64,000 nucleotides of DNA, from the NCBI GenBank assembly GCA_048938855.1, contig JBHLLT010000005.1, positions 64,001 through 128,000 of the forward strand, given 5' to 3'. Origin of the DNA: Promethearchaeota archaeon. Lineage in GTDB: Archaea > Asgardarchaeota > Lokiarchaeia > Sigyniarchaeales > SOKP01. Below, in pieces: positions 40,285 to 50,744 of the stretch. Each line of letters starts with the position of its first letter. Within the stretch, counting starts at the first letter, position 1. The notes under the pieces were generated by a model. The model was not told the DNA's origin and did no database searches. It saw only the letters and a list, made by a program, of their open reading frames with translations. The translations under genes and the position numbers were made by a program.

Positions 40285-40743
40285 TTGAAAAAAGAAAAAG
40301 CCTTAGACGAAATCGACCGAGATATTCTTAGAACTCTACAAGCAAATGCTCGTACTAGCTACAGAGAGATACAAGATCAACTTGGTATTTCAATTGGGAC
40401 AATTCATAACCGAATTTCAAAGCTAAAGAAGAATGGTGTTATTGAAGGATATACTCTACGCTTAAACAATGAAAAATTAGGATATAAATTGGCTTTCCTC
40501 ATAAGAATCAATTGTGATGGTAAGTTTACAGAAGAGATTTTAAACGACCTTTCAAAAATTCCTGAAGTGTGTTCTATCTTTCATACAACGGGAGAACAAT
40601 CAGCAGCGTTAATCTGCAGGTTTCGAGAAAGCGATGACGTCCATAAATTCATTCGCGACCTTAATCAAAAAGAGTATATTACCCGTACTAACTCAAACAT
40701 GATATTAAAAGAATACAAAAATTCTAGTTTCGTAGAGATCTAG
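40285..40743 (+). CDS. Lrp/AsnC-family transcriptional regulator
   Basis: LDEID..IL..LQ.NAR, HTH, RI.KL...GVI, TG. Confidence 0.92.
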   Translation: MKKEKALDEIDRDILRTLQANARTSYREIQDQLGISIGTIHNRISKLKKNGVIEGYTLRLNNEKLGYKLAFLIRINCDGKFTEEILNDLSKIPEVCSIFHTTGEQSAALICRFRESDDVHKFIRDLNQKEYITRTNSNMILKEYKNSSFVEI

Positions 40744-40848
40744 GGTTAAGTAACTTTGTTTTTAATATTTCCATAAACTTTTTTTAATTTTGTGATTTAG
40801 GGATCTATATAAATACGAATTTAAATTTACAGTAAAGAAGTGAAATAG

Positions 40849-42438
40849 ATGAGCAATGTTCCAATAATTATTTTAAAAGAAGGGACAGAAGAAGTACGTG
40901 AAAAGGAAGCACGAAAACAGAATATAACAGCAATGGTTGCGATAGCAGAGACAGTGCGGTCCACTCTAGGGCCTAAAGGTATGTCTAAAATGCTTGTTGA
41001 CTCTATGGGAGATGTAACAATTACTAATGACGGAGCTGAAATTTTATCTAATTTAGACATCGAAAATATTGCAGCAAACATGATGGTCAATGTAGCTAAA
41101 TCTATTGATGATGATATAGGTGATGGAACTACATCAGCAGTTATTTTCTCTGCTGCTTTATTAGAAAATGCTTTAGAATTAATTGAGCAAGATATTCATC
41201 CAAAACCTATTATACATGGATATAAGCTGGCAGCCGATAAAGCCTTAGAAATTATTAAAGAGATCTCAGTAAAGATCTCAAGTGGAGATGATGAAATTCT
41301 TAAAAATGCTGCGAAAACTGCAATGAATGCTAAAGATATATCCTCTTTAAAAGATTTTTTTGCAGATTTAGCATTTAAAGCAATTAAAAATATAACTGAT
41401 GATGATGGAAAAACATTCTCAAAAGTGGGTAACGTAAAAATTGTTAAAGCTCCAGGAAAATCACTTAAGGAAACAGAACTAATTAATGGCGTCTATACCC
41501 AAAAAGATAAAGTAAATTCTATGATGCCAGACACCATTAAGAACGCAAAGATCGCTGTGATTCGAAGAAAATTGGATGTAAAAAAGACTGAATTTGATGC
41601 ACAAGTTCGAATCTCAAGTCCCGCAGAAATTCAGAAATTTCTTGACCAAGAGGATAAAATTCTTACAAATTTCTTAGAAATATTCAAGAAATTAGGAGTA
41701 AATTTGATTGTAAATAGTAGTGATGTATCAGATAAATTCGGTGCATACTTAGCAAGAGAAGGAATCGCAGCCATCAAAAATGTTGGTGAGAGTGATTACA
41801 AATCAATTTTAAAAGCTGTGGGTGCTAAACTAGTAGATGATTTAACATCTCTCTCTGAGGATGATTTAGGGTTTGCTGAAAAAGTACATTTTGAGAAATT
41901 AGGTGATGATGAATACACATTATTTTCAGGCTGCAAAAATCCTAAATCTGTATCAATTTTACTTAAAGGTGGGCTTGATAAGATTCTTACAACTGCAGAA
42001 GTCTCATTACACGATGTATTATCCGTTATTGCTAAAATAATTGATACAAAAGCAGTTGTGGCAGGAGGAGGAGCAATATATATAGAACTCTCTAAATTAA
42101 TTCGAGAATACGCTAATCAAATTGGTGGAAAAGAACAATTAGCTGTTAATGCATTTGCTTTAGCACTTGAAGAAATCCCAAAAACTTTGATAAAAAACGC
42201 AGGACTTGAGGAAATAGAGAAACTCACCGAGTTAAGAGCAGCACATAAATCTGAAGCTGATAAATGGATTGGTATTGATACTATCACTAATACTGTTGGA
42301 GATAATTTTAAAAAAGGAATCGTTGAGCCTGCAGAATTAATTAACCATATTATAAAATCTGGAAGCGAGTTAGCTACATTAATTTTGAGAGTAGACAGGA
42401 TTATTAGTGCTAAGGGAAGTAGACCAGAAGGGTTATAA
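40849..42438 (+). CDS. Thermosome (group II chaperonin) subunit
   Basis: TLGPKGM.KM, TNDGA.IL, GDGTTS, GGGA, ILRVD. Confidence 0.96.
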   Translation: MSNVPIIILKEGTEEVREKEARKQNITAMVAIAETVRSTLGPKGMSKMLVDSMGDVTITNDGAEILSNLDIENIAANMMVNVAKSIDDDIGDGTTSAVIFSAALLENALELIEQDIHPKPIIHGYKLAADKALEIIKEISVKISSGDDEILKNAAKTAMNAKDISSLKDFFADLAFKAIKNITDDDGKTFSKVGNVKIVKAPGKSLKETELINGVYTQKDKVNSMMPDTIKNAKIAVIRRKLDVKKTEFDAQVRISSPAEIQKFLDQEDKILTNFLEIFKKLGVNLIVNSSDVSDKFGAYLAREGIAAIKNVGESDYKSILKAVGAKLVDDLTSLSEDDLGFAEKVHFEKLGDDEYTLFSGCKNPKSVSILLKGGLDKILTTAEVSLHDVLSVIAKIIDTKAVVAGGGAIYIELSKLIREYANQIGGKEQLAVNAFALALEEIPKTLIKNAGLEEIEKLTELRAAHKSEADKWIGIDTITNTVGDNFKKGIVEPAELINHIIKSGSELATLILRVDRIISAKGSRPEGL

Positions 42439-42481
42439 TTTTTTATTTATTTTATTTTTTATTTTCTATTTTTATTTCTTT
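42438..42481 (+). terminator. Oligo-T terminator
   Basis: Long series of T runs after the thermosome stop. Confidence 0.55.
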
Positions 42482-42613
42482 ATTGAATCATAATCATCTT
42501 AAAGATCTGAGAAAAATAAAAAAGAAAAACTAAAAAAATTTCATTTAATTCTTCTATTTACATTTAAAGATATATTAAAGTGTTCAATACTAAAATTCTT
42601 TATCTGACCTAAA

Positions 42614-44485
42614 ATGGAAGCAATTGATGATATTAACTTGGAAAAACTTAAAGCACTTAATAATCAACCTGTTTTAAATGTTGTAAATGAATTTATAGCT
42701 CTTTGTAAACCTTCTAAAGTTACAGTAATAACAGACTCTCAAGAAGATATTGATTATGTTAGAAAAAGAGCTATTGAGCTTAATGAAGAAACAAAACTCA
42801 ATTTAAAGGGTCATACAGTACATTATGATGGGTTCTTCACAATGAGTAATCATGATCAAGCGAGAGATAAAGGACATACTCAAGTTTTAGTGCCTGAAAG
42901 CGAAATAGAGTCATACCCTTGGATAAATACTATGGAACGAGAAAGGGGCCTAAAAGAAATCTTGGAAATTATGGATGGATGCATGAGAAATCATGAATGC
43001 GTTATTAGATTTTTCTGTTTAGGGCCAAAAGATTCTAAATTTTCAATTTTGGCACTTCAATTAACAGATTCTTTTTATGTAGCTCATTCGGAAGATATTC
43101 TTTATAGAGCGGGTTATGAAGAATTTAAAAATCTTAATGGATCTAATGATTTCTTCTACTTTATTCATTCTTCAGGAGAATTAACTGGTGATCCTCCTGT
43201 AACTAAAAACCTTGACAAAAGAAGAATATATATTGATTTAAAACAAGGCCGTGTACTTTCGGTTAATAATCAGTACGCTGGAAATTCACTTGGATTAAAG
43301 AAACTTGGTTTACGTTTAGGAATTTATAAAGCCAATAATGAAGATTGGTTGACAGAACATTATTTTGTCATGGGTGTCCATCCAAGAAGAAAAAACAGGA
43401 CTTCTTTCTTTTGTGGTGCATTTCCATCAGCTTGTGGTAAGACAAGTACAGCAATGTTACCAGGCCAGACTATAGTAGGGGATGATATTGCATACCTTCG
43501 AGTGTGGGAAGATGGTTATGCTCATTCGGTAAATATTGAGAAGGGAATTTTTGGAATCATAAAGGATGTAAATGCTAAAGATGATCCTGTTATTTTTGAA
43601 TCTCTTACAACCCCTCGAGAAACAATATTTTCTAATGTACTAGTTAAAAATGGAAGTTGTTTTTGGTTAGGAGATGGACGCGAAACTCCAAATAATGGAA
43701 CGAATTTCTCAGGTTATTGGTATCAAGGAAAAAAAGATGAAGATGGCAAAGAAATTCCTCATGCCCACCCAAATGCCAGGTACACAATTGGTATTGAAGA
43801 ACTAGATAACGCCGATCAAAATTTACATAATCCCGATGGTGTACCTGTTCATGGAATTCTCTATGGCGGCCGAGATAGTGATACCATGCCACCTGTACTT
43901 GAAAGTACCGATTGGGATCATGGAGTTTTTTTAGGTGCTTCAATTGAATCAGAAACTACCTCTGCTACCTTAGGAGCAGAAGGAGTAAGAACACAACAGC
44001 CTATGGCTAATCTTGATTTCTTAGTTGTTAGTTTGGGGAAATATCTCAAAAATCACCAAGATTTTGGTAAAAGGCTTAAATATCCTCCAAAAGTTTTTGC
44101 AACAAATTATTTTCTTAAAAATGAAGAAGGAAAATATTTAAACGGAATATTAGATAAATTATGTTGGGTAATTTGGGCAGAAGGACGAGTTTATAATGAT
44201 TTTACAGCAATAAGTACACCAATTGGAAATATACCTAAATTTAATGATTTAAAAACCTTATTTAAACAATACCTTGATAAAGAATATACAGAAAAAAATT
44301 ATGTTGAACAATTCTCGTTACGACCTTCAAAGTTATTAGAAAAATTGGATCGTATAGAAGCAATGTATAAAAAAGAAGAAGGAGTACCTGATTTTTTCTG
44401 GAAAATTCTTAATAAACAAAGAAGTAGTTTATCAGCATTAAAAGATAAATTTCAAGCCGAAGAAATCTCTCCTTTACTATTTTAA
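42614..44485 (+). CDS. pckG: Phosphoenolpyruvate carboxykinase (GTP)
   Basis: YAGNS.G.KK, EH, GAFPSACGKT, VGDDIA, HPNARY, GGRD. Confidence 0.95.
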   Translation: MEAIDDINLEKLKALNNQPVLNVVNEFIALCKPSKVTVITDSQEDIDYVRKRAIELNEETKLNLKGHTVHYDGFFTMSNHDQARDKGHTQVLVPESEIESYPWINTMERERGLKEILEIMDGCMRNHECVIRFFCLGPKDSKFSILALQLTDSFYVAHSEDILYRAGYEEFKNLNGSNDFFYFIHSSGELTGDPPVTKNLDKRRIYIDLKQGRVLSVNNQYAGNSLGLKKLGLRLGIYKANNEDWLTEHYFVMGVHPRRKNRTSFFCGAFPSACGKTSTAMLPGQTIVGDDIAYLRVWEDGYAHSVNIEKGIFGIIKDVNAKDDPVIFESLTTPRETIFSNVLVKNGSCFWLGDGRETPNNGTNFSGYWYQGKKDEDGKEIPHAHPNARYTIGIEELDNADQNLHNPDGVPVHGILYGGRDSDTMPPVLESTDWDHGVFLGASIESETTSATLGAEGVRTQQPMANLDFLVVSLGKYLKNHQDFGKRLKYPPKVFATNYFLKNEEGKYLNGILDKLCWVIWAEGRVYNDFTAISTPIGNIPKFNDLKTLFKQYLDKEYTEKNYVEQFSLRPSKLLEKLDRIEAMYKKEEGVPDFFWKILNKQRSSLSALKDKFQAEEISPLLF

Positions 44486-44509
44486 AACTGAGCTATTATG
44501 AGATAGAAA

Positions 44510-45241
44510 TTATACCAAATACTTTAACCCTGCTCTCACTTTATAGGTTTTATTAATTCTGTCTAATTCAATAAAACGCTTAATTTCTAAATTATTTAAA
44601 AAATCTCGCATCTCTACTTTATCTTTTTTTAATTCTTCCGCTAAACCTTCAATATTATTCTCGTAATTTCGAAGTGTCTGGAGTAAAGATGAATATTCTT
44701 CATAAATATGGTTAACTAAGTAAGTGATAGATTCTCTTATATTTAGATTAGTTTCTGTACTTGTTGGAAAAATTTTACTATCTTCTGGCAAATAATTTTG
44801 GGATCGAATTACTTCTGGAGGGCGAGCACTTTTAATATCTTGTTTATTTGCTAAATACACTATAGGAGTATTTGGAGGTAATATTTTCCTAATCGAGTTC
44901 AGTATCATTATCGCACTATCATCTTTCTCTGGAGCAGCAGCATCGAATAAAAAGATGATTCCATCTGAACCACTAGTGCAAATACTTCTCATTACAGAAA
45001 ATCGCAACAGACCTGGTGTTCCAAATAAAAAGACATCGAATCCATTTAGTTTTACGCTGCCTAAATCCATTGCAACTGTGTAAAACTTATCATCCTTACC
45101 TTTAGCTTCAACATTCAATGCATTACTGTCTAAAGCTCTTATATAGCTTGACTTTCCCGACTGAAGAGGTCCTGAAACTAATATTTTTATTTTTTTCACC
45201 ACACGATTACTAATGCAATTGAAAGTTGATTTTACTTTCAT
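44510..45241 (-). CDS. MglA/CvnD-like small GTPase with C-terminal winged-helix-like domain
   Basis: GPLQSGKS, TVAMDLG, GTPGL, NKQD; C-terminal 'LAEEL....MRDFLNNLE.KRFI......Y'. Confidence 0.85.
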   Translation of the reverse strand: MKVKSTFNCISNRVVKKIKILVSGPLQSGKSSYIRALDSNALNVEAKGKDDKFYTVAMDLGSVKLNGFDVFLFGTPGLLRFSVMRSICTSGSDGIIFLFDAAAPEKDDSAIMILNSIRKILPPNTPIVYLANKQDIKSARPPEVIRSQNYLPEDSKIFPTSTETNLNIRESITYLVNHIYEEYSSLLQTLRNYENNIEGLAEELKKDKVEMRDFLNNLEIKRFIELDRINKTYKVRAGLKYLV

Positions 45242-45756
45242 TTAGATATTATATTAATTATTTTAATACATAGATATTATATTTATTATTTTCCCAATAA
45301 TATTTTTAATAGTTATTTTGTCGTTTTAATTATAAAATCTTATTTCTCATTTCAAGTTTTTGTTTTTATCAAAGAACTTCATTATTCCCTCTGTGTTAAC
45401 CAGAAACAATGAGTTATAATTAATTTTATAAAAATTGTATCGACAAAAAAGTATTTATTTTTCCGAAATTAGTCATTTGTATATTTTTACTTAATCTAGA
45501 AATTACTTTATAAAATCAATAGTTTTTGAAGCATTGTGATCAAAGAGTTACTTTTTCTGTAAAAATCCGACCTTAAATTAATGGTTTCAATCAAAAGTAG
45601 AAAATCTTATAAATAATTTTGTCAATAATAAACAATAAAAAATATTTGAAATACTTATCCAAATTAAAAATAATTTTCAAAAATAATAAACAATTTCTAG
45701 CAAAATAATAGATTATAACAAAATCTTAATTATAAATTGAAAGAAATGGAGAACTT

Positions 45757-48700
45757 ATGAATAGTAATATAATGGTAATTGGAGGCGGAATTTCTGGGAT
45801 TGAGGCAGCATTGACTTTAGGAGAACAAGGATATAAAGTGATCTTAGTTGAGAAAACTCCCTCTGTTGGAGGGAGAATGGCACAATTAGATAAAACATTT
45901 CCCACTTTAGATTGTAGTATATGTATACTCGCACCTAAGATGGTTGAAGTGTCTAGACACCCTAACGTAGAGCTACTAGCATACTCTGAAATACAAGAAG
46001 TAGATGGTCAAGCAGGAAATTTTAATGTCAAAGTTCTTAAAAAATCGAGATATGTTGATTGGGATGTTTGTACCGGTTGTGGGCAATGCATGGAGAAATG
46101 TCCCATGAAGAAAATACCTTCAGAATTTGAAGAAGGTATGGGTAATCGTACTGCGATCTATATTCCTTTTCCACAAGCAGTGCCAAGAAAAGCCGTTATT
46201 GATGCGAAAAAATGCTTATACCTAACAAAAAACGCCTGTAAACTCTGTGAAAAAGAATGTGAAGCTGGAGCGATTAATTGGGACATGAAAGATGAAATAG
46301 TAGAATATAATGTAGCTTCTATCATATGTGCTACAGGTTACGACCAATTAGATCCAAGTGTTCTTGATCGATATCATTATGGGGAATACCCTAATGTGAT
46401 TACTGCTATGCAATATGAAAGATTATTAAGTGCATCTGGTCCTACTGAAGGAGAGTTATTACGACCCTCTGATAAAAAACATGCATATAATATTGGCTTT
46501 ATTAGTTGTGTTGGCTCAAGGAACATGGACCTTTGTTCTTATTGCTCTAAATTCTGTTGTATGTATCAAACCAAGGAAGGGGTTGTTACAAGAGAACATT
46601 CACCAGATACAAATGTTACCATCTTTTTCAATGATTCTCGAGTCATTGGAAAGAACCAAGAAGAATTCATTGAAAGAGCTAAGGATGAGTATAAACTTAT
46701 ATATTATAGAGGAATTCCTGGAGATATTCGTGAAAATCCTGAAAATCATAATCTTTACGTAAAGCATGCTAATTTAGATACAGGTGAAGTTGAGACCAGT
46801 GAATTTGACTTAGTTGTCCTTGCAAATGCAGTTACTCCACGAAAGGATGCTGAAAACTTAGCAAATATATTGGGTATTGAACAAAATGAATTAGGTTTCT
46901 TTAAAACTAGAAATTCCACAGAAGATCTTCTCTCTTCAAGAGAAGGAATTTATGTGACCGGATCATGCCAATCTCCTGATGATATCGCAAATTCAGTCGC
47001 AAAAGCAGGGGGCGCCGCTGCTTTAGCAGCTAGTCATGCAGTCCCATTAAGTGGAGAAGAAACTAAAGTAGAGCTTCCTCCTCTTAAAGCCATAAATCCG
47101 AAAGATGAACCTCATATTGGAGTATTCATCTGTCGCTGTGGTATTAATATTGCGGGATATATAGATGTTCCTTCGTTAGTTGAATATGCAAAAACTCTTC
47201 CCAATGTTGTGTATTCCATGGAAAATAAATATAGTTGCTCACAACTAACTCAAGATATTATAAAGGAAAAAATCGAGGAGTTAAATTTAAATAGGGTTGT
47301 AGTTGCAGCATGTACACCAAGGACCCACGAACCCTTGTTTCAAAAGACTATTAGAGAAGCGGGCTTAAATGAATATTTATTTAATTTCGTAAGTATAAGA
47401 GAGTTAGACTCATGGGTTCACATGAATAATAACCCCAAAGCAACTGATAAAGCTAAAGATCTCATTAGAATGGGGGTTGCTCGAGTAGCAGCACAAAAAC
47501 CAGAATTAAAGATAAAAGGAAAGGTTATTCCTGAAGCAATGGTGGTTGGTGGTGGTATAGCTGGAATGAGTGCTGCTTTGGAAATTGCTAATAAAGGATT
47601 TAAAGTGCATTTAGTCGAGAAAGAGGATAAATTAGGTGGACAATTAAACTCTATTTATAAAATTAACTTTGATAGGATTGATTCAAAGGAGTTCTTAGAT
47701 GCTAAATTAAAGGAATTTAATGAACAAAAAAATCTTAACGTATATTTAAACTCAGAAGTCATTGATGTAAAAGGATCAATCGGAGATTTTAAAGTTAAAA
47801 TAAGGGAAAATAATGAAGGAAAAGATATTAATCTGAATATTGGTACTATAATTGCTGCAACAGGTGCATATGAATATAAACCTAAAGGATGGTATCATTA
47901 TGGCGAAAATGATAATGTAATGACTCAACTTGAATTATCTGATAGACTCAAGAATAACGATCTTAAGGATGGAGAAAGTATTGTTTTTATCCACTGTGTG
48001 GGATCTAGACAACCAGAAGGAGGGAATGGAGTTACATATTGCTCATTAATCTGTTGTTCTGAATCAATTCGACACGCCTTATATGTAAAAGAAACATATC
48101 CAAACTCAACTATTTATGTCTTATATAGAGATATCCGAGTGGGTACTGCTGAAGAAGCTTATTATTGGAAAGCACGTGAAAATGTAAATTATATACGATT
48201 TAATGAATATCCTACTGTTGATCCTATTAATGGTAAGTTAAATGTAAATGTTAAAGATATTTTAACTCAAACGGACCTTACTATTGAAGCTGACAAAGTG
48301 GTTTTATCAACCCCTTTAATACCTCATGATACCCAAAAATTAGGTGAGATGATAAAATGTGCCAGAGATCAAAATGGTTATTTTCTAGAAGCTCACGTGA
48401 AATTAAGACCTGTTGATTTTGCCACTGATGGTATATATTTAGCAGGTACTTGTCATGGTCCTAAAGGTATTGCGGATTCAATCTCACAAGCTCGAGGTGC
48501 AGCAGCTCACGCTTTAATTCCTCTAATATCTGGAGAAGTGGAGAATGAACCTCTTATTTCAGTAGTAGATCCTTCCTTATGTATTGCATGCCAAAAATGT
48601 GAAGAGGTTTGTAACTTTGGAGCTATAGGAGTGAATTTTGATAACGACATATTAGTTTCAGAATCTAATCCACTTTTATGTAAAGGTTGTGGAGACTGTT

Positions 48701-49239
48701 CGGCCGCATGTCCTGCAGGAGCGATCACAATGAGTCATTTTGCAGATAATCAAATATATCCAATGATACGTGAAGCCGTTAGGGGCGAATATAAAGATGA
48801 AAGACCTAGAATTGTAGCATTCTTATGTAATTGGTGTAGTTATGCTGGCGCTGATACCTGTGGAGTAAGTCGTTTCCAGTATCCAACGAATATTCGACCA
48901 ATAAGAGTTATGTGCACTGGGAGAATACCAAAAAGTTTTATTTTACAAGCATTTCTGGAAGGAGCTGATGGTGTGCTTGTTGGGGGATGTCATATTGGTG
49001 ATTGCCACTATTTAGAAGGTAATTATGACATGCAGCAACGTTATAATGAGTTAAAGGACATACTTGAAAGTGTAGGCATCAATTCTGACAGATATCGCCT
49101 TGAATGGGTGAGTGCATCAGAAGGAAAGCGATTTTCTCAAATTGTCACTGAATTTGTTAACCAAATTAAAGAGTTAGGGCCACTCCCTAAAATGGGTGAT
49201 AAAGTTGGAAAAAAAGAAAAAGCTAAGGAGGGAGTATAA
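45757..49239 (+). CDS. hdrA: Heterodisulfide reductase A-like flavoprotein (two FAD modules) fused to MvhD
   Basis: Two GGG..G FAD motifs, DKTFPT.DC, ferredoxin motifs, CRCG.NI, ACTPRTH, CS..CC; C-terminal FLCNWCSY.GAD, RVMCTGR, GCH.GDCHY, SASEG. Confidence 0.95.
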   Translation: MNSNIMVIGGGISGIEAALTLGEQGYKVILVEKTPSVGGRMAQLDKTFPTLDCSICILAPKMVEVSRHPNVELLAYSEIQEVDGQAGNFNVKVLKKSRYVDWDVCTGCGQCMEKCPMKKIPSEFEEGMGNRTAIYIPFPQAVPRKAVIDAKKCLYLTKNACKLCEKECEAGAINWDMKDEIVEYNVASIICATGYDQLDPSVLDRYHYGEYPNVITAMQYERLLSASGPTEGELLRPSDKKHAYNIGFISCVGSRNMDLCSYCSKFCCMYQTKEGVVTREHSPDTNVTIFFNDSRVIGKNQEEFIERAKDEYKLIYYRGIPGDIRENPENHNLYVKHANLDTGEVETSEFDLVVLANAVTPRKDAENLANILGIEQNELGFFKTRNSTEDLLSSREGIYVTGSCQSPDDIANSVAKAGGAAALAASHAVPLSGEETKVELPPLKAINPKDEPHIGVFICRCGINIAGYIDVPSLVEYAKTLPNVVYSMENKYSCSQLTQDIIKEKIEELNLNRVVVAACTPRTHEPLFQKTIREAGLNEYLFNFVSIRELDSWVHMNNNPKATDKAKDLIRMGVARVAAQKPELKIKGKVIPEAMVVGGGIAGMSAALEIANKGFKVHLVEKEDKLGGQLNSIYKINFDRIDSKEFLDAKLKEFNEQKNLNVYLNSEVIDVKGSIGDFKVKIRENNEGKDINLNIGTIIAATGAYEYKPKGWYHYGENDNVMTQLELSDRLKNNDLKDGESIVFIHCVGSRQPEGGNGVTYCSLICCSESIRHALYVKETYPNSTIYVLYRDIRVGTAEEAYYWKARENVNYIRFNEYPTVDPINGKLNVNVKDILTQTDLTIEADKVVLSTPLIPHDTQKLGEMIKCARDQNGYFLEAHVKLRPVDFATDGIYLAGTCHGPKGIADSISQARGAAAHALIPLISGEVENEPLISVVDPSLCIACQKCEEVCNFGAIGVNFDNDILVSESNPLLCKGCGDCSAACPAGAITMSHFADNQIYPMIREAVRGEYKDERPRIVAFLCNWCSYAGADTCGVSRFQYPTNIRPIRVMCTGRIPKSFILQAFLEGADGVLVGGCHIGDCHYLEGNYDMQQRYNELKDILESVGINSDRYRLEWVSASEGKRFSQIVTEFVNQIKELGPLPKMGDKVGKKEKAKEGV

Positions 49240-49241
49240 AA

Positions 49242-49772
49242 TTGACAGAGATGATTAAGAAAAATTCTAAAAATTTAGACCATAATTTTCGCTATGAAAT
49301 TAGTAAAAAAGTTGGCGCAAAATCGCTTCTAAACTGTATTCAATGTGGAGTATGTAGCTCAGGTTGTACTGTAACTGAATATGTTGATATGCAACCTCAT
49401 CGAGTTGTTGCATCTTGCCTTTTAGGCTTAAAGGATGATGTTCTTTCGAGTCAAGCAATTTGGACTTGTTCTTTATGCCATAGATGCACTGAACGATGCC
49501 CAAAGAATGTAGACTACTCTTTTATTCTTGCTATTCTTCGAAACATGTGTGTTAAAGAAGGAAAAATACCCAAAGAATACTCTGGCACTGTTGTCACGAT
49601 ATATGATAATGGATTTGTAGTGCCATATAGTGGTAGCTTAAAAGACAATATAGATAGAAGAAGAAATAGGATGGGACTACCTCAACTCACAGCTCCCAAT
49701 CTAGATGAAATTAGATTTATAATAGAAGAAACGGGATTAGGAGATCTCGCAAAAAAAAAGGAGGATGAGTAA
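49242..49772 (+). CDS. hdrC: Heterodisulfide reductase subunit C-like
   Basis: CIQCGVCSSGC and IWTCSLCHRCTERCP. Confidence 0.92.
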   Translation: MTEMIKKNSKNLDHNFRYEISKKVGAKSLLNCIQCGVCSSGCTVTEYVDMQPHRVVASCLLGLKDDVLSSQAIWTCSLCHRCTERCPKNVDYSFILAILRNMCVKEGKIPKEYSGTVVTIYDNGFVVPYSGSLKDNIDRRRNRMGLPQLTAPNLDEIRFIIEETGLGDLAKKKEDE

Positions 49773-50656
49773 TGAAAGAACTCGCATTATATTTAGGATG
49801 TACAATACCTTTAAAATTACCTCATTTAGAGAAGGCATTTCGAGATGTCGCAGGTATTTTGAATGTAAAGTTAAAAGAAATGGAGGGAGTAAGTTGTTGT
49901 CCTGAACCAGTATCTCTACAATCATTAAATATCGATACTTGGGTCACTTTAGGAGCAAGAAATTTGGCTATTGCTGAAAAAATGGGTTTGGACATACTTA
50001 CAATATGTTCAGGGTGCTATGAAACATTAAAAACAGTAAGTGTACTCTTAGAAGAAGATAAGGAATATCTCAAAAAAATTAATGGGATATTAAAAAAGAT
50101 TAATTATACTTATGCTGGAAAAACCAAAGTGTATCATTTTGTGGAACTCTTTAGTCAACCAGATTGGTTAGAAAAAATTAAATCTTTAACAATAAAACCA
50201 CTTGATGATTTGACTCTTGCTGTTCATTATGGCTGTCATCTCATAAGGCCTAGTAAAATTATGCAATTTGATCATCCTGAGAAACCTGAAAAAATAGATA
50301 TAATTCTTCAAACACTGGGGGCAAAAACCATTGAGTTTGCGAGTAAACTAGAATGTTGTGGATATTGTGCTAGGCTACAAGAAGAAATAGGTGAAAAACT
50401 TGTTGAAGATAAGATGACAGAATTATGCGAACTTGAAGAGGAAGTTGATGCGTTAATTGCAGTTTGCCCAGCCTGTACAACACAATATGATAGAAAAGAA
50501 AAAATAATTTCCAGAAGAACAGGAAAGGAGTTAACTATACCTGTTCTCTATTTAGCGGAAATTATGGCAATTGCATTAGGAGTTGAACTTCAAGATCTTA
50601 GTTTAACAAACAGAAGCGTTAAACCAAATAAATTAATAAATAAATTAACAACCTAA
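49772..50656 (+). CDS. hdrB: Heterodisulfide reductase subunit B-like
   Basis: Two CCG domains: GC, SCCP, CSGC, HYGCH, CCG, CPAC. Confidence 0.93.
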   Translation: MKELALYLGCTIPLKLPHLEKAFRDVAGILNVKLKEMEGVSCCPEPVSLQSLNIDTWVTLGARNLAIAEKMGLDILTICSGCYETLKTVSVLLEEDKEYLKKINGILKKINYTYAGKTKVYHFVELFSQPDWLEKIKSLTIKPLDDLTLAVHYGCHLIRPSKIMQFDHPEKPEKIDIILQTLGAKTIEFASKLECCGYCARLQEEIGEKLVEDKMTELCELEEEVDALIAVCPACTTQYDRKEKIISRRTGKELTIPVLYLAEIMAIALGVELQDLSLTNRSVKPNKLINKLTT

Positions 50657-50744
50657 AATGTGTAACTTTTTTTTAACACTAAGAAAACTAATAAAAATAA
50701 AAAGAAATTTTAAAATAAAATGTGAAAAAAAGGAGTAATATAAT

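Noticed and set aside
45242-45756. Riboswitch or ncRNA in the 515-bp spacer upstream of hdrA
   Set aside because: Very AT-rich with no convincing stems; best explained as divergent promoters.
45757-49239. Selenocysteine recoding in HdrA/MvhD
   Set aside because: The frame is fully open with Cys at the relevant motifs; no in-frame TGA.
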